From the NCBI RefSeq assembly GCF_009914755.1, contig NC_060931.1: a stretch of DNA of 64,000 bases, one strand, 5' to 3'. Both the position numbers and the translations under genes were made by a program. This DNA is from the human T2T-CHM13v2.0 reference genome, Homo sapiens. The notes under the pieces were generated by a model that had not been told where the DNA came from, ran no database searches, and saw only the letters and a list, made by a program, of their open reading frames with translations. Of this stretch, positions 1 through 12,768 are shown piece by piece. Every line of letters begins with the position of its first letter. The first letter of the stretch is position 1.

Positions 1-39
1 ACCCACTTGCCTTGTTCCTTCACCACATGGTTTTGATCC

Positions 40-250
40 TGTTGCTCCTCTGCCTGGAGGGTCTTCCTACATCTTCTCTGCCCGGTGAATTTCTACTTAA
101 CCTACAAACCACGCTCACCTTCTCTGTGCATCCTACTTCGTCCCCATCTTGCCGCAAATTGTGTCTCTCACTAGACCTCCAGCCCCTAAAAATCAGGGAC
201 AGCTTAATGCATGTTGGAAATGGCTACTCCTCACTTAATTACCCTAATTA
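40..250 (+). mobile_element. L2 LINE 3' fragment (degenerate)
   Basis: tctgcctggagggtcttcc...cttctctgtgcatcct...ctagac...cagggac resembles the L2 3' region; recognised by eye only. Confidence 0.4.
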
Positions 251-1384
251 GCTAGTTATATTCCCTTATATTTATGTTTCCTCATTTACTGAAGCTTTCC
301 ACAGGCCAGGCACTGAGATCCGGGGGAGGACCCTGAGGGTAGGACAAGCATGAGCACTGAAGGCTACAATGGCACAGGCACCAAGAGACCATGTGGGGTG
401 CAGGAAGCCTCATCTCTAGAGTGTCTTCCTGGTTTACCATGAGCTTTCTTCCCTTCCCTTATTGGAGTTAACTTGTGCTGGTTTTGAATAGCCTGTGTCC
501 CTGAAACATGCACTCCCACACACATAAACAGACCCACACTTATCCACATGTACCCACCCATACATACACAGACCTCTCTGTGTATCTCCCAGAGCTACAA
601 ATGCCAATCTTGAGAATGAAGATTTTGCAAGTGCTCTGTGCCAGGCATGATGCCAGGTCCCTAACAACACAAGATCCCTCTGGTTTCTCCCACTCAGCTG
701 TGCAAGTTTGGGGTTGAGGAGCTCCCCCTGCCAGGGTCACAGACGTGGAACATGAGGTAACAGCTATTTGAATGTAAGCCTGTAGGTCACCAAAACATAT
801 GCCATCTGCACCCCACCACACTGCCTCCAAAGCACATGAAGACATGAGTCTATCAACTGTGACTCATTAGTACCCAGTAATATTTCCTCCTCCACTTCGC
901 TTCCCACTGCCTCTCCAGTATCTCCACCCACAGTCCCAGAGCCACCTCTGCTTAACAAGGAGGTGAAGACAGATGCTCCGTTCCACCCGATGCCATCTCC
1001 CAGGGTGCAGCCCCCTCATATGATGAAATCATATGTTGTTTTTCATCATATGGCTAGTGGTGAGATGGGTGGCTCTGGCCCCAGGACTTCTCCCCGGGAC
1101 CTCTGCTCAGGACATGGCAGGGACAGAGGTGAGGTTACCATAAACTGCCTTGGAAATGACTACAAACCAGCTCACACCATTCCAGCACCTAACACTCTGA
1201 CAGCCCAGGGTGGGCCCACAGAAGGGGAAGGGCTAGGGAGTCCAGGACCACAAGAGTCCCCCTTCCCTGAGCCCTTGAGCACAGCCACCCAGGTGTAAGG
1301 GACAATATGGGGGTTCTGGGGATTCCCAAGCCTGGGCTCTGGAGGTGAGTTCTAGCAGGGCCCCCAGATATCCTCCCCATCCAT

Positions 1385-1452
1385 CCCCTCATCCTGTCTC
1401 ACATATTGTAAAAAAATGGGGATAATAACGGTACCTCCCAGCATTGGCGTTA
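1385..1452 (+). mobile_element. MIR fragment
   Basis: tgtaaaaaaatggggataataacggtacctcc matches the MIR core ctgtaaaatggggataataatagtacctacc. Confidence 0.65.
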
Positions 1453-1820
1453 TCTCCAGGCCTAGGTGTCCTGGATCCTTCTGCCCCCTTTACACTCTGT
1501 GCAGCATCCAGTCCTGCTTGAAAGGAGCTCCTCTACTCCCCCACCAAAGCTCTGGTGAATTAATGTCCCTGTGGGGCATAAGTGACAGACAGTAACTTCC
1601 TCAATCTCCTTGCAGCCTAATCTAAGAAGATGCCTTCTAAAGAATAGCATTCTAATGTGAAATTTTAGTCCTGTGAAAGGCTAATGGGAGAAATCAGATT
1701 CCTTTACAAGATTACAGAGAAAACAGGACAATGAGTATCTCTAAAAGAGAATGTTCACTTGGAGTGTCAATGGGGTTAGGTGGCCGATACGGAATGAAAG
1801 GCTTTCATTTGGCTCCCTGA

Positions 1821-2365
<545 letters not shown>

Positions 2366-2629
2366 CTGTTTGTTCTTTTACATTAAATTTACAATGTATT
2401 TGCCATGTTTCAAAAATAAATTTAATTGGAATTTTATTGAAATTGTATGAGACATGATTTAGTCCAAGATGAACACACAACATTATTATTACTGTTTCCA
2501 TCCAGCTATGTCATATTTCTTTGTTTTCTCTAGTTGTCTTTTATATCGCTCAATAAAATTTGTGGCTCTGGTACATTTCCTAATAATCATACATTATATT
2601 TCATTATTTCTAATTATTATAATGGATTG

Positions 2630-2770
2630 CATGTACATTTACTATGTACCAGATATTATGCAATATATTCATTATCTCAATTCATAAAACAATCATGTGA
2701 TTTAGTTGGTGTTATTACTAGATTATTACCATCGTACAAGTAAAGAAAATAAAGACAAAAGAAAAGAGAC
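2630..2770 (-). mobile_element. MIR fragment
   Basis: tactatgtaccagatattatgc...cattatctcaattcat...aacaatcatgtga resembles the reverse-strand MIR core. Confidence 0.5.
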
Positions 2771-2809
2771 TCAGCAAAATCAAACCAATAAAGACTTAAT
2801 TAGAATTGT

Positions 2810-3760
2810 TGGGCATATAGTAAAAATTTAATACAACTCAATGAAAGCAAAAAAACATTTTAAAAAATGACCAGGCAGATTTGAGAAGGATCCAAACAGA
2901 AATTCCAGAAATAAAAACATAATTGTTGAAATTGAAGACAGATTTGACAGCAGATTACATACAATTGAAAAGGAAAATGTAAACTGGAAGACAGGCTGAA
3001 GAAATTGCTCAGAATAAAGCCCAAAGAAGTAAAAAATAAGAGAGAAACCAGAGACATGGAAGACAAGAATGATAAGATATTACAACTAACAGGATTTCGT
3101 AAGTAGAAAAATAAACTGTTAGAAAGGTTTTGTAAAAAAGATAACGGCTTGGAATTTTCCCAAAGTGATGAAAAATTCCACCCTTCATATTCAGGAAGCT
3201 CAAGTTGGACAGATTTAAAAGGAAAAAAAAATACCTAAATGTATCATCATAAAAATAACGGAACCTTGAAGAAAAGAATATATTGAAAACAACCAGAGAG
3301 AAAATTCACATTATCCATGAAAGAATATGGATTTAGACCAAGAGCTAATGTCTTAAAAATGGAAGCAAGAAGACAATGTACTGAGAAAAAATAATCACAT
3401 ATGAAATTAATATATCTTTTAATAAACAGGCCAAATATAAGACAATATTTAAGTCATAAAAACCAAACAAATGCTGAATTTGCTAACTAAGAGACCTTCA
3501 CTAAAGGAAGTTCTAAGAGATGTTCTTCAGTAGAATGGTGTTCACCTAGATGGAAGACTTGAGTTGCGAGAAGAAATGGTGAGTACGTAAGAAGACAAAT
3601 ATGTGAGTAAATATAAATGAACACTGACTATACAACACGTAGTTTCCAGTGGATTAAGAATAAGATGAGAAGCAAAACCATAAAACTTCTAAAGATAATA
3701 TAGTAAAACTACCTCAATAGCCCCAGTGGGTTTTCATATAAAACCTAAACAAATTCTGTT
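2810..3760 (+). mobile_element. Old L1M ORF1-region fragment
   Basis: A-rich; gacagcagattacatacaattgaa, gaattttcccaaagtgatgaaa, attcaggaagctcaa and gaccttcactaaaggaa are typical decayed L1M ORF1 motifs. Confidence 0.7.
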
Positions 3761-3779
3761 CACCAGAAAAACACTATCA

Positions 3780-4857
3780 GGATCAAAGACCCAAATATAA
3801 GGGGTAAAACTATAAAATTTGTAGAAGAAAACATAGGTATAAATCTGTGACCGTGAATTAGGCAATGGGTCTTAAATACAACACCAAATGCAAGAGTGAC
3901 AAAAGGAAAAAACAAACTGGACTTTAACAAAATTTAAAACTTTTGTACATCAGAGGATACCATCAGGAAACTGAAAAGAACCCACAGGATGAAAGAAAAT
4001 ATCTATTAAGTCATACATCTGATGAGGAACTAATGTCCAGAATATATAAAGAATTCTTAGAATAACAAAAACACAACCCAATTAAACGAGCAAACAATCT
4101 AAATGAACATTTCTCTAAAAGGATATACAAATGGCCAATCAGCACATAAAAAGATGCTCAACATCATTAGTCATTAAGGATATGCAAATGAAAACTACAA
4201 CTAGATACCACCTCACATGTACAAGGATAGCTATATTTTTTTAAAAAAGGAAAATAACGGATGTTGTCAAGGAGGTAGGAAAAACTGGAACCTCCATACA
4301 CTGCTGGTAATAATATAAAATGGTACAGAGACTTTGGAAAACAGTTTTGAAGTTTTTCAAAAATTTAAACATAGATTTACCATATGCCCACTCCTAGATA
4401 TATAAAGAAAATTGTAAAAATACGTCCACACAAAAACGAGTACATGAATCTCATCACAGTACATTATTAATCATAGTCAAAAAATGAACACAACTCAAAT
4501 ATCCATCGACTAATGAATGGATAAACAAACCATAGTATACTCATGCAGTGGGATTCAGGCATATAAAGCAATGAAGGGCTGACACAAGATACAACATGGA
4601 TGAATCAGGACAACATGCTAAATAAATGAAGCCAAACACAAAGGGTCACATATGATTCTGTTTTTTCTGATATTTGGCATATGCTAGTCCATAGAGACAG
4701 AGAATAGTCTAGTGGTTGCCAGGGGCTGGGGAAAGGGGGAAATGGGGAGTAACTGCTAGTAAGTATGGAGTTTCTTTTTGAAATGATAAAAATGTTCTAG
4801 AGTTAGAGAGTGGTGATAGCTGTACAACTTTATGAATACATTAAAAGCACTTAAAGT
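3780..4857 (+). mobile_element. L1MB-type ORF2 3' end and 3'UTR
   Basis: gatcaaagacccaaatataag...aaaagatgctcaacatcattagtcattaaggatatgcaaat...agtggttgccaggggctgggg...gtggtgatagctgtacaac. Confidence 0.85.
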
Positions 4858-4944
4858 GTCTATAGTCCCATCTGCTCAGGAGGCTGTTGCAGGAGAATCA
4901 CTTCAACTTGGGAGGCAGAGGTTGCAGTGAGCCAAGATCACATC
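4858..4944 (+). mobile_element. Alu right-arm internal fragment (truncated at both ends)
   Basis: tatagtcccatctgctcaggaggctg...ggagaatcacttcaacttgggaggcagaggttgcagtgagccaagatc; no left arm and no poly-A. Confidence 0.85.
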
Positions 4945-5489
4945 GACATAATTCCTTTGTCAATTTTTCATTCTGTATTGGAAGTAATTGATAGGTATTT
5001 CTGAAGGGATGAAGGTGTTTCTGTGTTCATTGTGATCCAAACTATTTTTAGACCTAGTGGTGTTTGTAAAACAATTTTTGCCAGCTGACCAATGGCCACT
5101 GTGGCAGAAAGCAGCAAACTTGCATAAGATGTCACTGCCTCATAAGTTGGCTTTGAAAACTAGGGGCTTACTCTATATTCTTATGAATCAAAGACATTGA
5201 TAGATGTAGTATAAGATTACAATCATATTTTCCTTTTGACAGTCACATTATAAAGCATGATGTATTGCAATTAATCTCAATTAGCTGATCACAATTACAA
5301 TTAATAATGTTTATTATTGCTGATAAACAATCATGACTCTCCTGTTCTCAAATGTGCAAGTAATTCTTGTAATTTTAATTCAAATTTGCATATTATTACT
5401 AATTGATTTAATCTCATTGGATTTGGTTCATGGATCCAATTTATTAAAATATTGATAATGGGATAATGATTTGTCTCCCCATTTCATTT

Positions 5490-5800
5490 ACACTAAAAGC
5501 CACAATTCTTACAATGATCTGCAAGCCCATCATGATCTGCCGCATGTTAACCGCCAAAATTCTTTTATATCTTCACCCTTAATCTTACCAGTGGTCCTGG
5601 CCACCTCACTGTCCTCTGGACCTGCCAATATGCTGCTGTCTTATGACCAAACTCTAGTTAATTTCTTGGCTTGGAAAGATAGCCCTCCATATATACACTG
5701 ATCAGCTCATTCAACTTCCTCTAGTCTTTACTGAAACCTCACATTCTCGATGAGACCTATTCAGTATTTCAAACTGCCTGCCTGCTGCAACATTCCAAAA
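5490..5800 (+). mobile_element. L2 fragment
   Basis: ttcttacaatgatctgcaagcccatcatgatctg...cttggaaagatagccctcc...aacctcacattctcgatgagaccta resembles L2a. Confidence 0.55.
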
Positions 5801-5829
5801 CTCCTTACTCTTCTGTGTATTTTTGAAAG

Positions 5830-8360
5830 GATTTATTGAGATATAATATTCATAGTGTAGAGTGCACACGTTAATGTCTATAAGTCAATGGCTTTTAGTA
5901 TATGCACTGATAAGTGGAGCCATCATCACAATGAATTTTAGAGCATTTTCATCACTCAAAAAGAAACCCCACCTTCTTTAGCTGTTAACCTCCTATGCAC
6001 CCATCCCCTACTCAATCCTAAGCAACCACAAATCTGTTTTCTGTCTCTATAGATTTTGCTATTCTATTTTCATCTAAATAGAATCATACAATAGGTGGCC
6101 TTTTGTGCCTGACTTCTTTCAGTTGGCATAATGCTATCAAGGTTTATGTACGTATTGGTACTTTATTTCTTTTTATAACTGTATAACATTCAATTTCATG
6201 GATATAACATTTTGTTTATCCAATAATATTTTTATTGACATTTGAGTTGTGTTCAGCCTTTGGCTATTGTAAATACTGCTGCTAAAAATACTTGTGTACA
6301 ATTTGTGTTTGAACACCTCTTTCCAATACTCTGGGTGTATACCTGGGAATAAATTTCTGGGTCATATGACAATTCTATGTTTAATATATTTAGAAGCCAT
6401 CAAACTATTTTCCAAAGTGGTCAGTTCTAGCCATAGAGTATCTAACTGTGGTTTTGATTTGTAGTTGCCTGATGAGTGATGCTACTGAGTATCTTTTTAT
6501 GGGATTATTGACCGTTCGTGTATCTTCTTGGGAAACACATCTATTCCTATCATTTATCAGTTTTGAGTTGGGGTATTTGTTACTGAGTTAAAACAATTTT
6601 TCTATATTCAAGTTACATATATATACAGACATACAGATATGTGTTTTTCAAATATCTTCTCACAATTTTTGAGCTGCCTTTTGACTTGCTTGTTTGTCCT
6701 TTGAAACACCAATGTCTAATTTTTAAGGAATTTTAAATATCTATTTTTTATTTTGTTGCTCATGTTTTTGGTGTTACAGCTATATCTTTTCTAGATCCAA
6801 AATCCTGAAGATTTTCCCATATGCTTTATTCTAGCTCTGCATGTATGTCTTTAATTCATTTGAGTTAATATTGTTGTATGCTTTGGGGTAAGGGTTCGAA
6901 TTTATTATTTTGTAAGTGGTGATCCACGTGTACATTGTTGACCCAGTTTGTTCAAAGACTGTCTCTTCCTCATTGAATTGCACATGGCACCATTGTAAGA
7001 ATCCATTGACTATAGATACACAGTTTTATCTATGGACTCTCAATTCTCTTCAATCAATATATATATTTTTCCTTCATCAGTATTGTGTTGTCTTGATTAC
7101 TGATGCTTTGCCGTAAGGTTTGGAGCACGGGGGTGTAATATGTTTTCTTTTTTCAAGACTATTTTGGCTATTTTGAGTCCCTTACAATTCCATGTGTATT
7201 TTAGAATCAGCTTGTCAGTTTCTAGACAGAAGTCTGTTGGGATACTTGCAGGGATTTCGTCAAATCTGTAGTTCAAATTGTAAAGTACTACAATATTAAA
7301 TCTTCCAATTCATGGCTGTAAGATGTTTGCTAATTATCTAGATCTTCTTTAAACAATAATTTTTAATTTTCAGAGTAAAATCTTGTACCACATTTTCCAA
7401 ATTAATTATTATTTCTTTTTTTGATGCTATTGTAAATTGTTTTCTTAATTTCATTTTGGGGTTTTCATTGTAGATGTGTGCAACTGATTTTTGTATATTT
7501 ATCTTGTATGCTGTAATATTGCTGAAATAATTTACTAGTTCTATCGTTCAGTGGATTCCTTAAAATTTTCTATATACAAGAATGTTATTTGCAAATAAAG
7601 TTTTATTTCTTCCTGTTCAATATGGGTGACTCTTATTTCTTTACTTGCCAATTTGCCCTGCATAAAATCTTTAGTACAGTGTTGACTAGAAGAGGTCAAA
7701 GTATATATCTTATTCTTATCTCTGACCATAGCGGGAAAGTATCCTTTCTTTCACCACTAAGTTGAATGTTTGCTGTTGGTTTTTCACAGGTACCATGTTT
7801 CTGGTGTAGAAAGTTCTCTATTCCTGGTTCATTGAGTTTTTATTTTTATTTTTAATCATTAAAGCATTTGGATTTTGTTAAATGTCTTTTCTGAATCTAT
7901 CGAGATGATCATGCAATTCTTGTTTCTTATTCTATGGATAAGATGTATTACCTTAATGGATTTTGGGCTGTTAAACCAACCTGGGATTACTAGTATAAAT
8001 TTCACTTTGTTATAGTGTATAATTCTTTTATATGTTGCTAGATTTGATTTGTTAGTATTTTTTAAGGAATTTTGCATTTATACTTATAGTAGTTTTATTT
8101 TTCTATGCTATTTGCACTAACTTTTGTATCAAGGTAACACTGGCCCCACAGAATAAATTGGGAAGTGAATATTTCTCTTTTTTTTAAAAAGTTAGTCAAG
8201 AATTAATATCAATTAGTCAATACTAACAAATATGATTAATATTATAAATTATTATTTTCTCTAATTTTTATTTTCTTCCTTCTGCTGGCTTTAGGTTTAG
8301 TTTGCTATTTTTTTTCCAGTGCCTTAATGTGGAAGGTCATCTTATCTCATCCTTTCCTTT
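5830..8360 (-). mobile_element. L1M (L1MB-like) antisense, 3'UTR through the RT region
   Basis: 3' end ttattgagatataat...ttttcatcactcaaaaagaaacccc. ORF 7859-8077(-) IIHYNKVKFILVIPGWFNSPKSIKVIHLIHRIRNKNCMIISIDSEKTFNKIQ matches L1 ORF2 RT [30 protein letters not shown]...IISIDAEKAFDKIQ. Confidence 0.9.
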
Positions 8361-8389
8361 GCCTTTTCATTTTCAAAATAGTGTCTTTT

Positions 8390-8700
8390 TAGCATCAGGT
8401 GAGCTCCCCAGGTTGGTAGTACTCCATGTTTATTCCTGTACAATAATGACAGGTAATATGTCCTGAAGACAATGGAAACTTAACATTCAAAATCCTCCTA
8501 GATTCCACTTTATGTGATATGTCTCTTCCTTTGATTGGTCCTAATTTCTACCCTTTCTCTATTATAAACGATGAGTACAATGGCATTCAATGAGTTCTGT
8601 GAGTCATTCTAGTAAATTCTTGAAACTGAGTGTGTTCTGGGGAAACCCCTGAACTGGCAGTTGGTGTCAAAAGCGAGAATCGTCTTATATGGCCTCTTCC
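8390..8700 (+). mobile_element. MER21-family LTR fragment
   Basis: gagttctgtgagtcattctagtaaattcttgaaactgag...aacccctgaactggcagttggtgtcaaaag is characteristic of MER21C. Confidence 0.65.
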
Positions 8701-9300
8701 TTTGAACTTTGCAGCTGGACCTAAAGTCTGCACAATTTGGGCCAGAAGTCTCGTGTTGACTTTGCAGCCTGAAGTATCTTGTAGTTTGTCTAACCCTCAA
8801 TAAATTTGCTTTCATCAAATATTGTATTTGTTACCCCAAAATTACCATCATGTTTTTTTCTCCAAATAACTAACATTGGGAGAAATAGCCAGCTGAATCT
8901 GTAACTCAACAGAAACAAGTGATCCATATACCATATAAGTGGCCATTTCATTTTGCCTCATTTCCACCAAATCTTAGCAACCTCAACCATTGCCATGAGC
9001 CACTGTAGGCCTACGGGCTACAAACAAACAAGTATCTTTTAAAAACATTTCACACTCCCATTTGGTAAATTTCTCAGCAAATAGATGCCTACTTTAACTC
9101 TATGCAAGTAGCTCATATTCGCGAAGTCTGGAGATAATATTCATGTAGTGTGAGAAAATCATCCCAGCGATGCCAGCACTTTCTCCTTCCCATGATCTGC
9201 TAGGTTTGCAAACATATTCAGGCCATGGGTGAGAGATTTGTATTTCACAGTTACAACAATTTTATGGAGGGCACTGAAACTTAGATTGAGCATTTTAGTA

Positions 9301-9640
9301 CAGTCACACATCACTGAATGATAGGGATACGTTCTAACAGATGCATCCATAGGCAATTTCATGGTTTTGTAAACATCACAGAGAATATTACAAACACCTA
9401 GTTTGTACAGCCTACCACGTCTAGGTTATATGGTATAGCCTCTCTCTCCTTGGCTACAAACCTGTGTACTACATTACTATACTGAATACTGCAGGCAATA
9501 AGAACACAGTGGTAAGTTTCTGTATCTAAACATACTTAAACATAGAAAAGTATGTAAAAATATGTATTATAATCTCATGGGACCACTTTTGTATATGTAA
9601 TCCATCTCTGACTGAAATGTTATTATGCATGACATGACTC
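9301..9640. mobile_element. Tigger3a-like non-autonomous TcMar-Tigger DNA transposon, full length
   Basis: TA|cagtcac...catgactc|TA termini, ~340 bp, with internal ggtatagcct...ggctacaaacctgt...tactgaatactg...catagaaaag. Confidence 0.85.
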
Positions 9641-12374
9641 TATGACAAAAATAAAATAATACATTGTAAAAAATGTACACATGTATCAAACATAAAAATA
9701 AAAATATTTATTCAGTGTTAAGAATTTGTAACGATCACAAAATGTTCACAGCTTCTATTTTAGTACAATTTCAAATGCCTAGTGCAATTACTATTTATTT
9801 CTTTGTGTATTTTAAACATGTATATAATAAATATTTTTCAGGTTCAACAATATATATCAATCCAACTGGCTCTTATAAATATTAGTTAAAATCAATTAGT
9901 GAATTCATGCATATATATACACACATGTATCAGTGAGTGTGTGTGCATGTATGGGTGTAAATGTAATTGTATGTGTGTGTAAATGCAATTGGATGCATCC
10001 TAATATTTACCCTTACCTACAAGATTTCCAAGATTCATTTATTATCTTTAGTTGATATACATTTAAAGATTTACCAAATAAAACTCTAATCGTGGAAAAT
10101 ATCAACATTATTAAATTCATCTTGTGCACATAATTATTTCTTTAAATTGATGTTTCTTGCAAAACTTTCAGTAATGCTTATGCATAAAATAATTTTCTAA
10201 ATAAAAAATAAAAACATCGTCTGTCATTAATTCTTAATAATTATTTCTCCCCAATAATCAATGTGAATTCTTAATTCTTAATTATAGAATAATGTTGCTT
10301 TTCAGAGTTCTGAATCTTTTGCATGTAGTATACATTTCACTAACTAGAACAACTTCTGAAATATTGACATTAATTAATGTCACTCAGCAATTATTGGTTT
10401 CAAAGAAATTAAATACCATTCATATTCTGAATCACAAGGGTACTTTGGCATCTAATTTAATCAAGGTCTTTGTATCATCATCTACACTTTAAATACTTAA
10501 CAAACATTTGTCTGTGTGAGAAAGATTGAGCAGGTTATTGTGCCTTTTTAAGATGCAACTTTTGCTTAATCTAGAGATAGGCAATGCTCCCTATAAGGGA
10601 CAAAGAGAAAAATGAGTGAGCAATAGAGATGTGACAGGCATGGAAAAAGACATTTATAAAACAAATAGGGCCACAGATGATGATATTGGGGATCAAATCT
10701 TGAGATACTGACTCAGTTTATAACCACACTATATAATAGAGCAAATCATTTGTTAATTTTTTGACAAATGGAATTTAATTTAATTAAGATGAATACAGTG
10801 TTTTAAACAAGGCAGGTCATCTTAAAATAAAATAGTGGAATAAAGGATACAACCAGTGTAAAAATCATAAACATTTTATAAAGAACTTTTTGTCATGTAA
10901 TTTAATATTTTTGTTTATTTAAAATCACCCAAATCAAAATAATTATAACTTAATTAACAAATAGTCATCAGAAGTTAACCAATTTTTACTTTATAATACT
11001 AGGTTTAAAAATTCTTATATTTTTAATCATATATGCTTATATATAAAATAGACATAGGATATATATTTACATGTTCACAATATTATATTGTAATTGTTCC
11101 TATGGATGTGGTTTTTCAATAGAATAAGTACTTTTAAAAATTTTCAATTTCAATGATATATATGTTTGATTTTTCTTTGACAAAGCATACATATATTGAT
11201 AGGTAATAATATGAAAATCTTCTAAAAACATTACAGGAACATGAAAATGTAATTAAATCCTCTCTAATTTGTAATGTTTTATGTAAGTGGAACACATTTA
11301 ACTGAAAACTGCTTTTATATAATCCTCAAACGAGACTAAAAACATATTAACCAGTGGAGTAAGTCTTCAAATTGATAATCTGAACTATATGAGGAGAAAC
11401 TTCAGGCACTCAAATGTTTGAAATGCTACAAAATATTTCTTTAAACTATTATTTAACAATTTCTGTTTGTAGAGTGCTATACAGTAATCAATATAAATGG
11501 CACCTCAAGTGTTTTGGTAGCTTTAACCACATTTACCTCCTATTTTAATTATTAATATGTTGGAGCAGTGCATACAACTAGATTCCAATCTTCCTTTTTA
11601 ATGGGTAAAAATATGTCCTTTGAGACAGCATTAAAGAGCACCTTGTATAAATTCAATGCCAAGAGACAAGATATTCTTGATTCTGAAGTCTTGTTCTTTG
11701 ATACAGCAATGTAATTAATAATAAGAAGAAAAGCACGACATAGATGTGGAGTCTATTTTAATCAAAAATTGTCTACAGATTTTGATGATAAAATTTAAAA
11801 ATCTACTATATTTAGTTAGTTACAAAAAACTAGGTTGTGGGAACATATTTGGTCAATAAAACACCCCTACCAAATGCTGACAAGAAAAATTTAGGTACCA
11901 CCTTTCTTCTCTGCAGATGGCCTGAGATGGGTTAATTTGAAAGAATGCTTCCAAACCTGAGGTGACCCCTGAGAACAGCATAATCCACTGCTGTCTCCTA
12001 CATTCAGTTTCTAAGTTTGTGCTCTTTTAATTTTGGGGGGAGGGAAGCCAGTCCTTTAAACCGATCTTCAGCATGATGGCAGAGCCAAGGAGTGTGGACA
12101 GGTGGCACGGTGTCTGACTTTGATCCAGCAGCCACTTGGGCTTTCTCTGGGTCTTCTCTGCCCTAGGGACAACACCACTATCGAAAACATGTCTTTGTGA
12201 CATTCTCTATGCCAGGAATCCCCAACACATTTTCCTTGAAACTGATGAAATGAATAAAAATAAACCAAAAGGTGTGCTGTTTCTGTTTCCTCCTTTCTGC
12301 AGCCCTTCTTGATCATCTAATATTTTTAAATACATTGTCGATCACCAAAAGGAGCATAAGGGCTTTATTGATTT

Positions 12375-12768
12375 GTAGCAGATGTATTAATAGCCCAGCC
12401 CCTATTCCTTACCTGTAGCTGCTGTGAAGAAAACCATTCTTAACATTCTACAAGATCTCATCTCCAGAATTTGCACCTGTTTCTAGCTGAGGACTTTCTC
12501 TAGCAGAACGGGAGCTTGTTACTGGGCATGAAGTGGGAAGAAAAGGTGAGGGTAACTAAGAAGAATCTCCCCGGATTCAGTGATGTAATTCTGAGGCATG
12601 TTCCACATAGCTTCCCATAGAATTAAGCCCAGATATATACACAGGAACTTGCCTCTTAACACGTGTGGTATTGGCTTTTCTATCTTTCCTGTTTTATTTT
12701 GTTCTCTCTTCCTTGTCTCACTTTTGCTGTGTCCTCACTCCTGCTTTAAGAATACCCAAACAAATACA
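12375..12768 (+). mobile_element. LTR16-like ERVL LTR
   Basis: tctgaggcatgttccaca...ttaagcccag...attggcttttc...tgtctcactt...acccaaacaaataca resembles LTR16. Confidence 0.55.

Noticed and set aside
963-1350. 111 aa ORF and donor-like sites (gag/gtgagg near 1128, gag/gtgagt near 1345)
   Set aside because: No recognisable homology or consistent exon structure. A duplicated gene fragment cannot be excluded but is unsupported.
7859-8077. Reverse-transcriptase-like peptide
   Set aside because: Decayed L1M ORF2 fragment with stops and frameshifts around it; not an active or novel RT.
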